IMG/VR virus record: IMGVR_UViG_3300020182_000010
Coordinates: 64,001-128,000 of that record
Reading direction: 5' to 3' (one strand)
Length of the DNA: 64,000 nucleotides
Source of the DNA: a virus
Under the pieces are notes generated by a model. The model saw only the letters and a program-made list of their open reading frames with translations, was not told the DNA's origin and did no database searches. Below, piece by piece: positions 38,262 through 48,091 of this stretch. Made by a program: the position numbers and the translations under genes. Each line of letters begins with the position of its first letter. Position 1 is the stretch's first letter.

Positions 38262-38395
38262 TGTGGAATAGATTTATTAAAGCAATGGAATACCGCTCAT
38301 ACTGTATGGCAATTAGAGAACTACGCAACAAAGGCTTATACAGAGAAGCACAACGTGTTAGTGAATACAAGCACAATATGTATCCGACTAATTAG
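38261..38395 (+). CDS. Small protein (44 aa); not in ORF track
   Basis: TAATG coupling; AIRELRNKGLYREA resembles the preceding protein. Confidence 0.65.
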   Translation: MWNRFIKAMEYRSYCMAIRELRNKGLYREAQRVSEYKHNMYPTN

Positions 38396-38410
38396 TAGTA
38401 TGACAAAAAA

Positions 38411-38662
38411 TTAATTAGGACCAGCAATAAATTGTAGTTTGCGCATAATGCATTCTACATCTGCTGGTTCAAGATAAGGTATAACATCATCATCTATATG
38501 TATACCAGGCAGTTGAACAAAATTATTATCCTTGAACACCGCGATTTCATAAAAATCTTTATCTGGTTCTCGGATCACACTCAAATCATATTTACCAAAA
38601 GATTGTTTGGCTTGAAAGTGCCGTGGATGTATCTCACTAAATTTCAAATCATAAAAATTCAT
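38411..38662 (-). CDS. Early hypothetical protein
   Basis: YDLSVI..FYEIAVF..DDVIPYL. Confidence 0.7.
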   Translation of the reverse strand: MNFYDLKFSEIHPRHFQAKQSFGKYDLSVIREPDKDFYEIAVFKDNNFVQLPGIHIDDDVIPYLEPADVECIMRKLQFIAGPN

Positions 38663-38870
38663 CTAACGTATCCTCAAATTTTTCTTCGATTGATTTAATG
38701 TGTTTGCATTTTTTAAACGCTGGACAATCACAAGTAAATCCGTTGGGTTTCATTTCGATATTATATATGCCGCCCTTGCTACCAGTTGCAGTCCATGTAG
38801 TTCCGAGTGCCCAATGATTTTTAGTATTAATCAGGTCACTGGGAAATATACGTGGCCCATACTTTGCCAT
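38649..38870 (-). CDS. SWIM zinc-finger protein
   Basis: GSKGGIY..FTCDCPAFKKCKHI. Confidence 0.8.
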   Translation of the reverse strand: MAKYGPRIFPSDLINTKNHWALGTTWTATGSKGGIYNIEMKPNGFTCDCPAFKKCKHIKSIEEKFEDTLDEFL

Positions 38871-39211
38871 TATACAGATTCAAATCCAAAGTTTGCTACA
38901 ACTGAACGATTACCATCAGCATCTTCAATAATATTTCCAACTGAAATACTAGACATTTTTCCAAACCGCTCAATCCGATCTTCTGGTCCAATATTTCCTA
39001 CTTCAAAAACATGATCCAGGCTATCAGCAATAATGTTTGCAACATGGGTATAACATTCATCGAATTTCATAGCAGCCGCTTTAAAATTTCCAAATGTTGC
39101 ATCTGCATACGCAGTTGCTTTTTCATGGCAATTCCAGCCCTCTTTATTAACCAGTTCTACTAGTTTTTCATCTAATTGAATTTGATAAACTTTAAAAACT
39201 TGTACTGACAT
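38870..39211 (-). CDS. Early hypothetical protein (YodL-like)
   Basis: KVYQI..SLDHVFEVGN..SISVGNII. Confidence 0.65.
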   Translation of the reverse strand: MSVQVFKVYQIQLDEKLVELVNKEGWNCHEKATAYADATFGNFKAAAMKFDECYTHVANIIADSLDHVFEVGNIGPEDRIERFGKMSSISVGNIIEDADGNRSVVANFGFESV

Positions 39212-39242
39212 ATGAGATTTCCTTGTTGCTATCTATACACTC

Positions 39243-39271
39243 TTTATATAGTGATTCGTTCCGTTTGTCAA
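39243..39271 (-). promoter_or_regulatory. Early promoter with GANTC in spacer
   Basis: TTGACA-N17-TATAAA; TGATTCG 39252-39258. Confidence 0.85.
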
Positions 39272-39274
39272 GTT

Positions 39275-39649
39275 TTATTGCATGTGTGAACTAACAAAAT
39301 CTGGACCAAAAAATTCTGCACACATCACTTCTTCTGACGGGCGAGTTTTAGCATAGCGCAAGTGAATTTTAATAAAGTCTTCGGATGACGTTTCTGCGAA
39401 ATCTTTTTTCACACCTCGTCTGAACATCGCTTGCATAGCAGAGTTGAGCATTTCTTTTTGTTCTGCTGTGCATTCTTCTTTTATTGAAAGTGCATATGCG
39501 GCACAGCACAATTCTACGATATTTTTTACTTTGTTGATAGGACACATATAGAAATGACGCAAACCTGATTCTCGACTCTGACTTGCTTTGAAGATTGAGT
39601 TAACACGAATTTCTAGTTCACGCTCAGTCATATCATATACATTATACAT
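39275..39649 (-). CDS. Early hypothetical protein
   Basis: Own promoter and GAGAGGA RBS. Confidence 0.7.
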   Translation of the reverse strand: MYNVYDMTERELEIRVNSIFKASQSRESGLRHFYMCPINKVKNIVELCCAAYALSIKEECTAEQKEMLNSAMQAMFRRGVKKDFAETSSEDFIKIHLRYAKTRPSEEVMCAEFFGPDFVSSHMQ

Positions 39650-39678
39650 AACAGTATCCTCTCTCTGATTACTTAATT

Positions 39679-39707
39679 AATATAGAGCGATTCGTTAGTA
39701 TTGTCAA
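39679..39707 (-). promoter_or_regulatory. Early promoter with GANTC in spacer
   Basis: TTGACA-N17-TATATT; CGATTCG 39688-39694. Confidence 0.8.
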
Positions 39708-39712
39708 GTCTT

Positions 39713-40165
39713 TTATGCTGATTTCTTTTCGTAAACTGCTTCGCCATTAGAGAACACACCAATTTGTTCCATTTCTCCAAAGTTTGCGTGAAACTTTTTG
39801 GCAATCTTGCTGACCCATGCTTCTGCTAGTGGATTAACATCATCACCATAGTAACCTTTTTTAGCAACAATCCAGACAGCCGCACACCCACAGTATTCAC
39901 TAACACCAAAATAAGCAAGTTGATTTTCAGCAATTGCTAATTCCTCACGGTCAACCCACTCTTCGCACTCTGACATAGATGGGAAAAGTTCTTTTACTTT
40001 CTCGACCATCCATTCTTTAAAGTGATCCCAATCATCACCGACGAGATATTCATCGAAATTATCAAAATCAACACAATTGTTTTCTTCATCCCATCCGTAA
40101 CCGTGCTCTGATACATCGTAGTACGCAACGATTGCGTCACGTGGTGTAGAAACTGAACGACCCAT
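39713..40165 (-). CDS. Early acidic hypothetical protein
   Basis: MGRSVS..GVSEYCG..FSNGEAVY. Confidence 0.75.
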   Translation of the reverse strand: MGRSVSTPRDAIVAYYDVSEHGYGWDEENNCVDFDNFDEYLVGDDWDHFKEWMVEKVKELFPSMSECEEWVDREELAIAENQLAYFGVSEYCGCAAVWIVAKKGYYGDDVNPLAEAWVSKIAKKFHANFGEMEQIGVFSNGEAVYEKKSA

Positions 40166-40197
40166 AGTTATTTCCTCTTCTCAGTGATTACTTAATT

Positions 40198-40226
40198 AAT
40201 GTAAAATGATTCGTTAGATTTGTCAA
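40198..40226 (-). promoter_or_regulatory. Early promoter with GANTC in spacer
   Basis: TTGACA-N17-TACATT; TGATTCG 40207-40213. Confidence 0.8.
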
Positions 40227-40381
40227 GCTATCTTTTTTAATTTTTCTAAGACTTCCCACATTTCTACCAATACAGGATGAGTTTTTCCTTCGAGACCTGG
40301 CATGTTATCGTAAACCAAGTCATGTACTTCGCCCAACTTTTCTTCGACCACTTCCATTATTTCTTCTTTAGTAAGAGTCAT
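40223..40381 (-). CDS. Small early protein (52 aa), not in ORF track
   Basis: MTLTKEEIMEVVEEKLG..; own promoter and AAAGGGA RBS. Confidence 0.7.
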   Translation of the reverse strand: MTLTKEEIMEVVEEKLGEVHDLVYDNMPGLEGKTHPVLVEMWEVLEKLKKIA

Positions 40382-40410
40382 AACATCCCTTTCTCTCTGA
40401 TTACTTAATT

Positions 40411-40439
40411 AATGTAAAATGATTCGTTAGATTTGTCAA
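40411..40439 (-). promoter_or_regulatory. Early promoter with GANTC in spacer (identical to the 40198-40226 copy)
   Basis: TGATTCG 40420-40426. Confidence 0.8.
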
Positions 40440-40462
40440 GTATTATTTAACACTTTTAGAGA

Positions 40463-40651
40463 TTAAAACTCGTCAATTAAAACACAATCTTCCTCTTCAT
40501 CTTCACTCAAGTAAATAGAATCAAAAAGGGATTTAGGAACAACACCCAACCCAACCTTAGAACGTGTTTGACAATAGTGTTCATAATCTACACACTCTTT
40601 GATTTCGGGCAGAAAAGATAATGGATGGGATGTGATAATTTCTTGTGTCAT
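40463..40651 (-). CDS. Small early hypothetical protein
   Basis: Own promoter (40683-40711, lacks GANTC). Confidence 0.65.
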   Translation of the reverse strand: MTQEIITSHPLSFLPEIKECVDYEHYCQTRSKVGLGVVPKSLFDSIYLSEDEEEDCVLIDEF

Positions 40652-40712
40652 GTGATTCTCTTTCTTGTTAACTTATACATACTTTATAGCAGATGTATAT
40701 TATGTTGTCAAG

Positions 40713-40743
40713 TAAAAAGGGCACCGAAGCGCCCTTTTATTTT
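40713..40743 (-). terminator. Terminator with C(UUCG)G tetraloop abutting the next -35 box
   Basis: GGGCGC-TTCG-GTGCCC-TTTTT. Confidence 0.85.
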
Positions 40744-40754
40744 CCTCATTTGTA

Positions 40755-41009
40755 CTAATTAGCAAAAAGTGGTTGCATTGTTTCGAAAACTTTATTGTAA
40801 GCATTTACTTCTGCTTCATAGTATTCATAAAAATCGGAATCATCAGCGAAGTGTGCGTGGTCACAATTATAACTAGCACAATGTTCATCCCAAACACGGT
40901 TCATTGCTTCCATACCTTCAAGCAAATCACCACGACCATAAGAAGTCATTACTGTTTTCGCATCTTCAAAGGTAGTATTGAACTGGTAAAAACTAGGAAT
41001 TCTAAACAT
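40755..41009 (-). CDS. Early hypothetical protein
   Basis: Own promoter and GGAGA RBS. Confidence 0.75.
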   Translation of the reverse strand: MFRIPSFYQFNTTFEDAKTVMTSYGRGDLLEGMEAMNRVWDEHCASYNCDHAHFADDSDFYEYYEAEVNAYNKVFETMQPLFAN

Positions 41010-41042
41010 ATCGTGTTCTCCGTTTTTCTAACTTATACATTC

Positions 41043-41071
41043 TTTATATACTGATTCGTTTAGAATGTCAA
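41043..41071 (-). promoter_or_regulatory. Early promoter with GANTC in spacer
   Basis: TTGACA-N17-TATAAA; TGATTCG 41052-41058. Confidence 0.85.
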
Positions 41072-41078
41072 GTAAAAA

Positions 41079-41903
41079 CTAAGAAAACATATTATTTAAA
41101 TTGCCGTCGAATATAAAATGACCTGTGTGGTCTAATTTAACTAATGGGTCAAGTAATATTTCACCGCCAATATTTTGCCAACGACGGCAAAATGCATAAT
41201 CTTCTGATAGATATCGTTTAGTATCAGGTTCCAAGTAAGTGTCAAAGAATAGATAAGTCCATTTAGCAAACTCTGGATCTAAATTTAAATCATTGTTAAA
41301 GTAAAGATCCGGATATTCTTTGACCATTTTCATAATAACTTCACGCTTGATTAACATGAAACCGGTTGCAGCATCTTTAAGTAATGCTAATCCATCAGTC
41401 ATTTGCATTCTTGGCGTATCTTCATCTAAATTATACTTGAAGTTAAGAGCATAATTTGATCCCACTGAATTTAATATGTCACTATCTATTGATGAATTGT
41501 TTTTAACTGCATTTTGTATTTTATTCCAATCCAATTCTTTCTTTGGATATGCACCAACGACAATATCTTTGTCATGCTGTAGCATATGTAAAATATCCAG
41601 TGCATCAAAATTTATATCTGCATCTATAAACATCATATGTGTTGCTGCAGGATTAGACATAAAGTATGCTACCATATGACATCTTGCACGTGATATCAAT
41701 GATTCATTTGCACTTGTGGTAAGAGAATAGGGGATTCCATACTTAGTGAACATCATATGTGCACGTGACCAAGACCGAAAAAAAGGTTCAGTTACCTGTC
41801 CACCATAACATGGAGTACAGTAATGCACATGTGTTTTTTTAATGAAGTCTAAATCAATTTCTTTTCTAAATTGCTGGCAGTGCTCTAATGCGCTATTATT
41901 CAA
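41079..41903 (-). CDS. GT-A fold glycosyltransferase-like protein (TTG start)
   Basis: TPCYGG, ESLISRAR, FIDADI (DxD), ATGFMLIKR, LSEDYAFC. Confidence 0.8.
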   Translation of the reverse strand: MNNSALEHCQQFRKEIDLDFIKKTHVHYCTPCYGGQVTEPFFRSWSRAHMMFTKYGIPYSLTTSANESLISRARCHMVAYFMSNPAATHMMFIDADINFDALDILHMLQHDKDIVVGAYPKKELDWNKIQNAVKNNSSIDSDILNSVGSNYALNFKYNLDEDTPRMQMTDGLALLKDAATGFMLIKREVIMKMVKEYPDLYFNNDLNLDPEFAKWTYLFFDTYLEPDTKRYLSEDYAFCRRWQNIGGEILLDPLVKLDHTGHFIFDGNLNNMFS

Positions 41904-41938
41904 TTTTTATCCACTTCATTAATTTATAGTATTACTAC

Positions 41939-41967
41939 ATTATATACGATTCTACAGTAGATGTCAA
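41939..41967 (-). promoter_or_regulatory. sigma70 promoter TTGACA-N17-TATAAT with CGATTCT
   Basis: GANTC at 41948-41952. Confidence 0.65.
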
Positions 41968-42644
41968 CGTTTTTGATCTTGTATCCATGCCTTTGCTTGT
42001 CTACTGTCAGGAGAACTATTTAAAAATTTCTGTACATTTTTATATACGGTATTAAAGTTCTCTTGGCGTTCTTTATTTTCCTGGCCCATTGTATTATCTA
42101 CAACATGAAAGTCAGCAGCGCCAAAAACTTGCTGAAATTGCATCAGATTATTCTGAACTCTATGCCACATTTTTATTACTACCTCGTCTGGTAATCTTCT
42201 AGCTCTATTTTTGTTTAACCTCGTTGCTTGTTCAAGGCTAGTGTTTACCATAATCATCATTGTGTTGTAACCCAATGACTTTAATGCTTCACTATCTTTT
42301 TTAACTTTGCTCACATCTTTGCCTGTGCCATCAATTAGTACACCCAGTCTACCATCTAAAAAGTGTCCACGTCTTTTTTGTGTAAGGTCTTTTGCTTTTT
42401 TGCGTACTTCTTGTCCTTGTGTTGAAAACACTTGCTCTGGATCACTTAGGTCAATATCTTGTTTCTGTGCTAAGTACTCATAAATTTCATCACTATTGAT
42501 AGTTTTGAGGCCAGTGCCGCCCAACATCTTTCCAGCCACATATGACTTTCCAGATCCAGGACCACCAGCCATAAAAACTGCTTTGAAAATATGGGGATCA
42601 TTCACGCCCTCTTCCATAGATTGTATGATTTCATTAACCCGCAT
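41964..42644 (-). CDS. Zeta-toxin/PNK-like P-loop kinase with putative capsid-targeting leader
   Basis: AGGPGSGKS, INSDEIYE, LIDGTG, RARRLP; MRVNEIIQSMEE leader; late promoter 42674-42681. Confidence 0.75.
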   Translation of the reverse strand: MRVNEIIQSMEEGVNDPHIFKAVFMAGGPGSGKSYVAGKMLGGTGLKTINSDEIYEYLAQKQDIDLSDPEQVFSTQGQEVRKKAKDLTQKRRGHFLDGRLGVLIDGTGKDVSKVKKDSEALKSLGYNTMMIMVNTSLEQATRLNKNRARRLPDEVVIKMWHRVQNNLMQFQQVFGAADFHVVDNTMGQENKERQENFNTVYKNVQKFLNSSPDSRQAKAWIQDQKR

Positions 42645-42679
42645 TTGTACTTACTCCATTAATTCATTATATATATTTA

Positions 42680-44770
42680 TCATGAACCTAAAACTGTTTG
42701 TGATTTTATTGATTCCCAAGATGTGATACTATTTGCTATTTTAGGAGAAATATTATTAATAATTCTAGTATGTCGTGGTTTTATACTGTTCATATAAAGT
42801 ATACGCTTTTCTTCTTCCTTAACTGAGTCATAATCTGCGCCAGGAGATTCATATGATAATTCTTTTCGTATGCTATATAAATCACGTAAAATTTTCTTGT
42901 AGCTAGAAAGTTCTTCGACTATTATAATTGCTTGTTGTTTTTGTCCTGATTGGAATATACTAGTATTACTTCCTGTATATTGCCTAATATCATTAATTGT
43001 ATTTCTAATTAATGTTTGTTGTGCAGTTACATTAGGACCTATTTCAGACCGCCACATTGTTTTAAATACACTAGCAAGTACAGACATTAATGGTAATCCA
43101 TTACTGTTGTTATCAGTGATTACATTATTGCCAGAAGTATTAATAATATCTGCTTCTGATGTAGATAATGCAACTTGTGGATTAGATGAATCACTACGGG
43201 TATTAAATGATTGGTCTGAATTACTGCCACCAAATGTGATGCCATCTATATCTTTAATACTAGGAGGTAAATCTAAATCAGGAATGGGTAATTGGGATGT
43301 TGCACGTTTAGAAATAGATGAAATGACAGATGAAGTAGCTGATATTGAATTACTACCTGTCAGAGGTTTTTTAATAACTCTTGATGATCCATCAGATGAT
43401 GTAATGGTCTCAAATTTTGAATCTAGACCAATCTTATCAGCATATAGATCAAATAAGTATGAGTCTACAGGTTGGTAGATACTTGCTGCTAGACTAAATG
43501 GAGATTGTGGGACACCAGGTTGTGAAGCCGCTTCAGAATTTACACTACTAATTATAGAATCAACATCCCCAGCAAACACACGCGGATCAAGACTGGTAGG
43601 AATATTAAAACCTGCATTTCCTGTCGGCAAGGGTGCATTTAATAGTCCTGCTGCATCTTTCAATGCAGATGATCCTGTATTCATTAATACTGCTAATTTA
43701 CATGGATCTAGCATTGCAGCAGCCATTGTCATTGCTTTTAGTTTGTCTGCTATTTGTGCTGTCATATTTGCAAGGCTTGATATTTCTCCAAATATTTGAT
43801 TTGCCACACTTGAAACTGCATTCATTGCACTTGATGCCATATTACCCAAATCACCCAATATGCTTTTAATATTTGGTAACGATCCTAATGCATTCGTCAA
43901 TGCACTATTAACTACTCCTGATATATCAGATATCAATGAATTAATATTACTGGATATTGGTCCAACTATTCCAGAAATTATATTTGAAATATTATTTGAA
44001 ATACCATTGAAAAAATCCATAATACCAGACTGTCCTAATATATTCATAATAGATGTTTTTGCACTATCTAAAAGATCAAACGCACTATCAAAACCGCCTG
44101 ACATTACTCCCATCAATTCATTAAATAAGCTACAACTACTATCTTGCTCTCCAAAACTTCTATTAAGACCTGACAACGTATCTGCATCTTGCAATGTTTG
44201 TGGCAAATCTGTAATTTGTTGGTTAGTATGAATATTTAAATTATTATACATTTCAATAGCGGCAGTTCCCAACACGGCACCAATTAATATTTTATCAAAA
44301 TCTATTCCAGTTTGAGATAAAACACCGGCAATTATCGTACTTTTAGTAAGAACACTGCCACCATTACTTTCATTAGACAACATGTTAAAAGAGTCATTTG
44401 CACTATTTAATGATACAACCCCTGGACTTGAAACATATTCAGTATAATTTGTATTACCATTTGTAGAAACTGCACTATACGGATTGGTAAAATTGTTATC
44501 TGCTAATTCACTTGATATAATAGATAATGCTTGCTTTCTATTATATTGTTCTTCTGCTGCATTTAATTCTGCTAAACGTGCAGGAGACAATCCAATATTA
44601 TTTTTTTCATCATAAAATTGCACAGGAGTGTTAACAGTTTCTCCTAAAGAATCAAATATAATACTATCTGAATTAGGTGTATTTGATCCGGTTAGACTGC
44701 CGCCGCCTTTTCTTATAAATTCTTGATATCGTCTTTCAAATTCTGCTTCGCTCATTGACATCTTATTCAC
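42680..44770 (-). CDS. Large Ser/Asn-rich putative virion (baseplate/tail) protein
   Basis: Coupled to the PAAR gene; amphipathic helical middle. Confidence 0.5.
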   Translation of the reverse strand: MNKMSMSEAEFERRYQEFIRKGGGSLTGSNTPNSDSIIFDSLGETVNTPVQFYDEKNNIGLSPARLAELNAAEEQYNRKQALSIISSELADNNFTNPYSAVSTNGNTNYTEYVSSPGVVSLNSANDSFNMLSNESNGGSVLTKSTIIAGVLSQTGIDFDKILIGAVLGTAAIEMYNNLNIHTNQQITDLPQTLQDADTLSGLNRSFGEQDSSCSLFNELMGVMSGGFDSAFDLLDSAKTSIMNILGQSGIMDFFNGISNNISNIISGIVGPISSNINSLISDISGVVNSALTNALGSLPNIKSILGDLGNMASSAMNAVSSVANQIFGEISSLANMTAQIADKLKAMTMAAAMLDPCKLAVLMNTGSSALKDAAGLLNAPLPTGNAGFNIPTSLDPRVFAGDVDSIISSVNSEAASQPGVPQSPFSLAASIYQPVDSYLFDLYADKIGLDSKFETITSSDGSSRVIKKPLTGSNSISATSSVISSISKRATSQLPIPDLDLPPSIKDIDGITFGGSNSDQSFNTRSDSSNPQVALSTSEADIINTSGNNVITDNNSNGLPLMSVLASVFKTMWRSEIGPNVTAQQTLIRNTINDIRQYTGSNTSIFQSGQKQQAIIIVEELSSYKKILRDLYSIRKELSYESPGADYDSVKEEEKRILYMNSIKPRHTRIINNISPKIANSITSWESIKSQTVLGS

Positions 44771-45072
44771 CCATTAATATATGTTTTGCCTGCTCCAGAT
44801 GCCACTTTAATTCCACATGAGTGAGAATCATTAAGTCTACCAAGTGGTCTGCCATTGACATACACATTAGGAGAACCTTGTACCAATGGGGTGACATGGG
44901 GAACACATGATGGAGGTGAACCCATTGGTATATCGTGTGGGAAAGTTCTATCTCCTGTACGATACGCAAGTTTACCTTCTATGATAACATTTTCACTGCC
45001 CATGCCACACTTCCCTGGCGCACAAGGCGAATGCGCTGTTAATGTGTCTGTTGTTCTAGCAGCAGGTGGCAT
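44767..45072 (-). CDS. PAAR-repeat spike-tip protein (T4 gp5.4-like)
   Basis: MPPAARTTD..H, GSENVIIEG..R.GD, GSPNVYVNGRPLGRLND..CG. Confidence 0.88.
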   Translation of the reverse strand: MPPAARTTDTLTAHSPCAPGKCGMGSENVIIEGKLAYRTGDRTFPHDIPMGSPPSCVPHVTPLVQGSPNVYVNGRPLGRLNDSHSCGIKVASGAGKTYING

Positions 45073-45383
45073 TATGTAATTAATCCTGGTGTATCTGGTA
45101 CAACCAATCCGCTTGTAGCGGCTCGATATGCATCTGTTGTTTCTTTATTTGTTTTTAATACTGCAACTACTTTATCTGCTTTAAATGATACTTCGCCCTC
45201 TGCATCACCAGTAATGGTAAACGGCTGAAATGCAGCACCTTGCGGACCAATTGCTATAGTAAGAGGTCGTGCTAAAACAATTGTTTCAGTGCTTTCACTT
45301 ATCAATTTTCCCAATGCTTCCTGACCACTCATTAGAGAAATGGTAACAATATCATTTACTTTATGTTTCGCTTGTACTAACAT
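45072..45383 (-). CDS. Conserved Sm-like-fold hypothetical protein
   Basis: DIVTISLMSGQEALGKL..YRAATSGLVVP. Confidence 0.7.
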   Translation of the reverse strand: MLVQAKHKVNDIVTISLMSGQEALGKLISESTETIVLARPLTIAIGPQGAAFQPFTITGDAEGEVSFKADKVVAVLKTNKETTDAYRAATSGLVVPDTPGLIT

Positions 45384-45434
45384 TTTATCCTCATTCTATT
45401 ATGTTATATTTATTCATTTAATTAACTTCTACTA

Positions 45435-45878
45435 TTATATATCTCTAAACTTTAATGTATTTAAAATGAATTCTTTAGAGAACCTTTTTAATATATCAAA
45501 ATCTTTACTTACATCCTCAAACTTCTCTAGTATTCCACTTCTCCTGTTTAATACCCACCCATCAACCACACATATAAGATACATATCACCGTGAAGTAGA
45601 TCATGTATTAATAATAATTCTGGGTCTTTATCAGGACATGCATGAAGCACGGTATATAAACAGCCTAAACCGTTACCACTGTTAGTATAAAATCCTTCAG
45701 TTATATACTCCCATACATCTGGCCAAATACTAGGGTTATCATAATTAAATCCATTATGATGATAATCTAATCTTTTCCACCAGTCTATAACTTCCTGTAA
45801 GTTATGTTCTGTAAAATTATTTTTAAGTTCTAATCTTCTTTGTCGCCACTCATAAAGAAGTGTAGATTGTTCTTTCAT
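45435..45878 (-). CDS. Conserved hypothetical protein
   Basis: WPDVWEYI..LGCLYT. Confidence 0.7.
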   Translation of the reverse strand: MKEQSTLLYEWRQRRLELKNNFTEHNLQEVIDWWKRLDYHHNGFNYDNPSIWPDVWEYITEGFYTNSGNGLGCLYTVLHACPDKDPELLLIHDLLHGDMYLICVVDGWVLNRRSGILEKFEDVSKDFDILKRFSKEFILNTLKFRDI

Positions 45879-48074
45879 TTACATTGACCATCTTTTTATA
45901 GTGTAACTAATTTCTGTAGTATAAGTTGCATTTTGTTCAAAATAAATTTTTAAATTATCGCCTTTTTCTGCGGATGCTGATAAAGTTGAATTACTCAAAT
46001 CATTTAGCATTGCGGTATAATTCCATAATGGATCAGCAGATGAAATTATAACATCGTCGCCATCCTGTTTAGTATCGCCTATGATACCAGTTGTATTCAT
46101 TACAGTTTCAAACCAATTATTGATTGCTGTCTCATTTTGATTTGCAACACGTATAACATTTTCTATCATAACATCAAAAGAAATATTTGAAAATTCTACT
46201 TCCGGCGCAACTGGTGCTGCAGGAACTGCAGGTGGAGTAGGGTATAATGGATTCGGATACATTTCTGCTATATTATCAGTATTTAAATCCTGCCATAATT
46301 CAGTACTTTCATCTGTTAATTTAACTTGATTTACACCATGTGGGTAACCATTAATTATTTTTATTGTACCAGTACGAAGAAATAAATTTCCTTCTACTGT
46401 ACTTTCTTGCTTTAATGAATAATTAATAAAAAATGCACTGCATAGTTCAGAATGATATTTTAAGAATGTATCTGATGTTGTTTCAAATGTTTTCTTAAAT
46501 AAACTAGAACGTTTGCCGCTATGATGGGAATGCGATGATAGATGTTGATCTGCAAACATTTGATTATATGTATTCTCTGTCAATACTTCTACATTTCGGC
46601 GAGACCGTGCATAATATGGAGCAACAAATTCTGGAACGTCAACATAACCAACATTTGTAGTATCAGCATAACTAATATCTGATGGGATACCAACCAATGA
46701 CTTTGTATAATAATATGCGCGGTGTGTGTTGCTATAATCATATAGTGTGAAATCATTTGAGCCTGCTTGATCTTTTTCTTTAATATACAATGTGGCAAGT
46801 CCAACTTCAGATGTTTCAGGTTCTGCATATGTTAACTGATAGTCAAGTGTATTCTGAACTGCAATATTCTCAGTTCTATAGACTGGTAGAGTAGTATCAT
46901 CGTATCTGTAATAATTATTGATTTCATCCAATGACATTGTTGCCAAATCTGAATTAGCAGGTAGACTTGCAATTCTAGGTGATAGTAAATCAAATTCAGA
47001 TAATACAAGTGATAATCCGTTTTGTAAATCTCTACTATAGTCTATATAATAGTCATTATTTACAAGTGCTGATCCATCACTTCTAAGATTTGGTGTTGAA
47101 AGTGGAGTTGCATCTAAATCCTGTGTTTCAATATCAGTTGTATGGAATTGAAAATCTTGTGTACCGTTACCAAGTTGTTGCCAAACAGTATCTTGTTTAT
47201 ACCAATATGTAACTCTATCTGGTCCAGTAATCACTGCAACATCGCCACCTAATCCAAGAGCATTGTCTGGTGAATTTGTTGTATAATCTATGTTTGCGTT
47301 CAAAGGATGATAATTAAGAATATGGTCAATAACCTCAGATGCCCATTCAGAACCATCCCACTTGAATAATCCAAAATTAGACTTACTCATATAAGTTGAA
47401 TTATCGTTAGGAGAAATAATTTGTGCTGGCATAGCATCATTATGCCTCATATATAATGAAGTTATAGTTATATCTTTTACTGGATCATATGATTTAGATG
47501 TTACGACACCGTGTGTATAATCTTCAACGCCAATAACTTCTAATACTTCTCCGGTGCCATCTAACGGACCAAGGGCAAGTGATGTAAACTGTACATTAAT
47601 ATCATTTGATACGGCACCCATGGTTCTATACTCTGTGTTGCCAATCTTTTTTATAATATATGTTTTTCCAGCATCAATTTCAGAAGATGGTATTCTATGA
47701 TTATCATATTTGTATTCTTTTAGATATACCGTTTCACCAACTGTAAAATTCACATTGCCTTTCCATTCTACATTTTCTAAATAAAAATGCATTGCGCCAA
47801 TTAAAGCATCAACATCTTGAACATTTCTTATTACTAAATCTTCGTCAACTTTCAGACCAGGTTCTGGATTATCATTACTATCTAACCAAGTTTGTATAAC
47901 TGCGTGTGCGTTTGCGAATGCATCAAATTGAACTTCATTAATTGATTCATCAATACCGACGAATAATTGGTTGGTATCTGTGGTGAAGCCCATTTCACCA
48001 GTTTCTAATGTATCAACGCCTATTTCCTCACGGAGGCCGCGTCTTAGTAGAATTTTTACGTTTGTTATTGCCAT
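45879..48074 (-). CDS. Virion structural/fibre protein
   Basis: N-terminal KILLRRG..LETGEMGFTTDTNQLFVG fibre-attachment motif; late promoter 48098-48106. Confidence 0.7.
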   Translation of the reverse strand: MAITNVKILLRRGLREEIGVDTLETGEMGFTTDTNQLFVGIDESINEVQFDAFANAHAVIQTWLDSNDNPEPGLKVDEDLVIRNVQDVDALIGAMHFYLENVEWKGNVNFTVGETVYLKEYKYDNHRIPSSEIDAGKTYIIKKIGNTEYRTMGAVSNDINVQFTSLALGPLDGTGEVLEVIGVEDYTHGVVTSKSYDPVKDITITSLYMRHNDAMPAQIISPNDNSTYMSKSNFGLFKWDGSEWASEVIDHILNYHPLNANIDYTTNSPDNALGLGGDVAVITGPDRVTYWYKQDTVWQQLGNGTQDFQFHTTDIETQDLDATPLSTPNLRSDGSALVNNDYYIDYSRDLQNGLSLVLSEFDLLSPRIASLPANSDLATMSLDEINNYYRYDDTTLPVYRTENIAVQNTLDYQLTYAEPETSEVGLATLYIKEKDQAGSNDFTLYDYSNTHRAYYYTKSLVGIPSDISYADTTNVGYVDVPEFVAPYYARSRRNVEVLTENTYNQMFADQHLSSHSHHSGKRSSLFKKTFETTSDTFLKYHSELCSAFFINYSLKQESTVEGNLFLRTGTIKIINGYPHGVNQVKLTDESTELWQDLNTDNIAEMYPNPLYPTPPAVPAAPVAPEVEFSNISFDVMIENVIRVANQNETAINNWFETVMNTTGIIGDTKQDGDDVIISSADPLWNYTAMLNDLSNSTLSASAEKGDNLKIYFEQNATYTTEISYTIKRWSM

Positions 48075-48091
48075 GTCGTGTAACTCCTAGA

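Noticed and set aside
39670-40412. CtrA boxes at TTAATTAA in early leaders
   Set aside because: Half-sites are adjacent rather than TTAA-N7-TTAA, and the background is AT-rich.
39230-41075. Recurring ~40-bp repeats as a CRISPR array
   Set aside because: Spacing is 200-520 bp and the intervening DNA consists of ORFs with RBSs; the repeats are sigma70 promoters.
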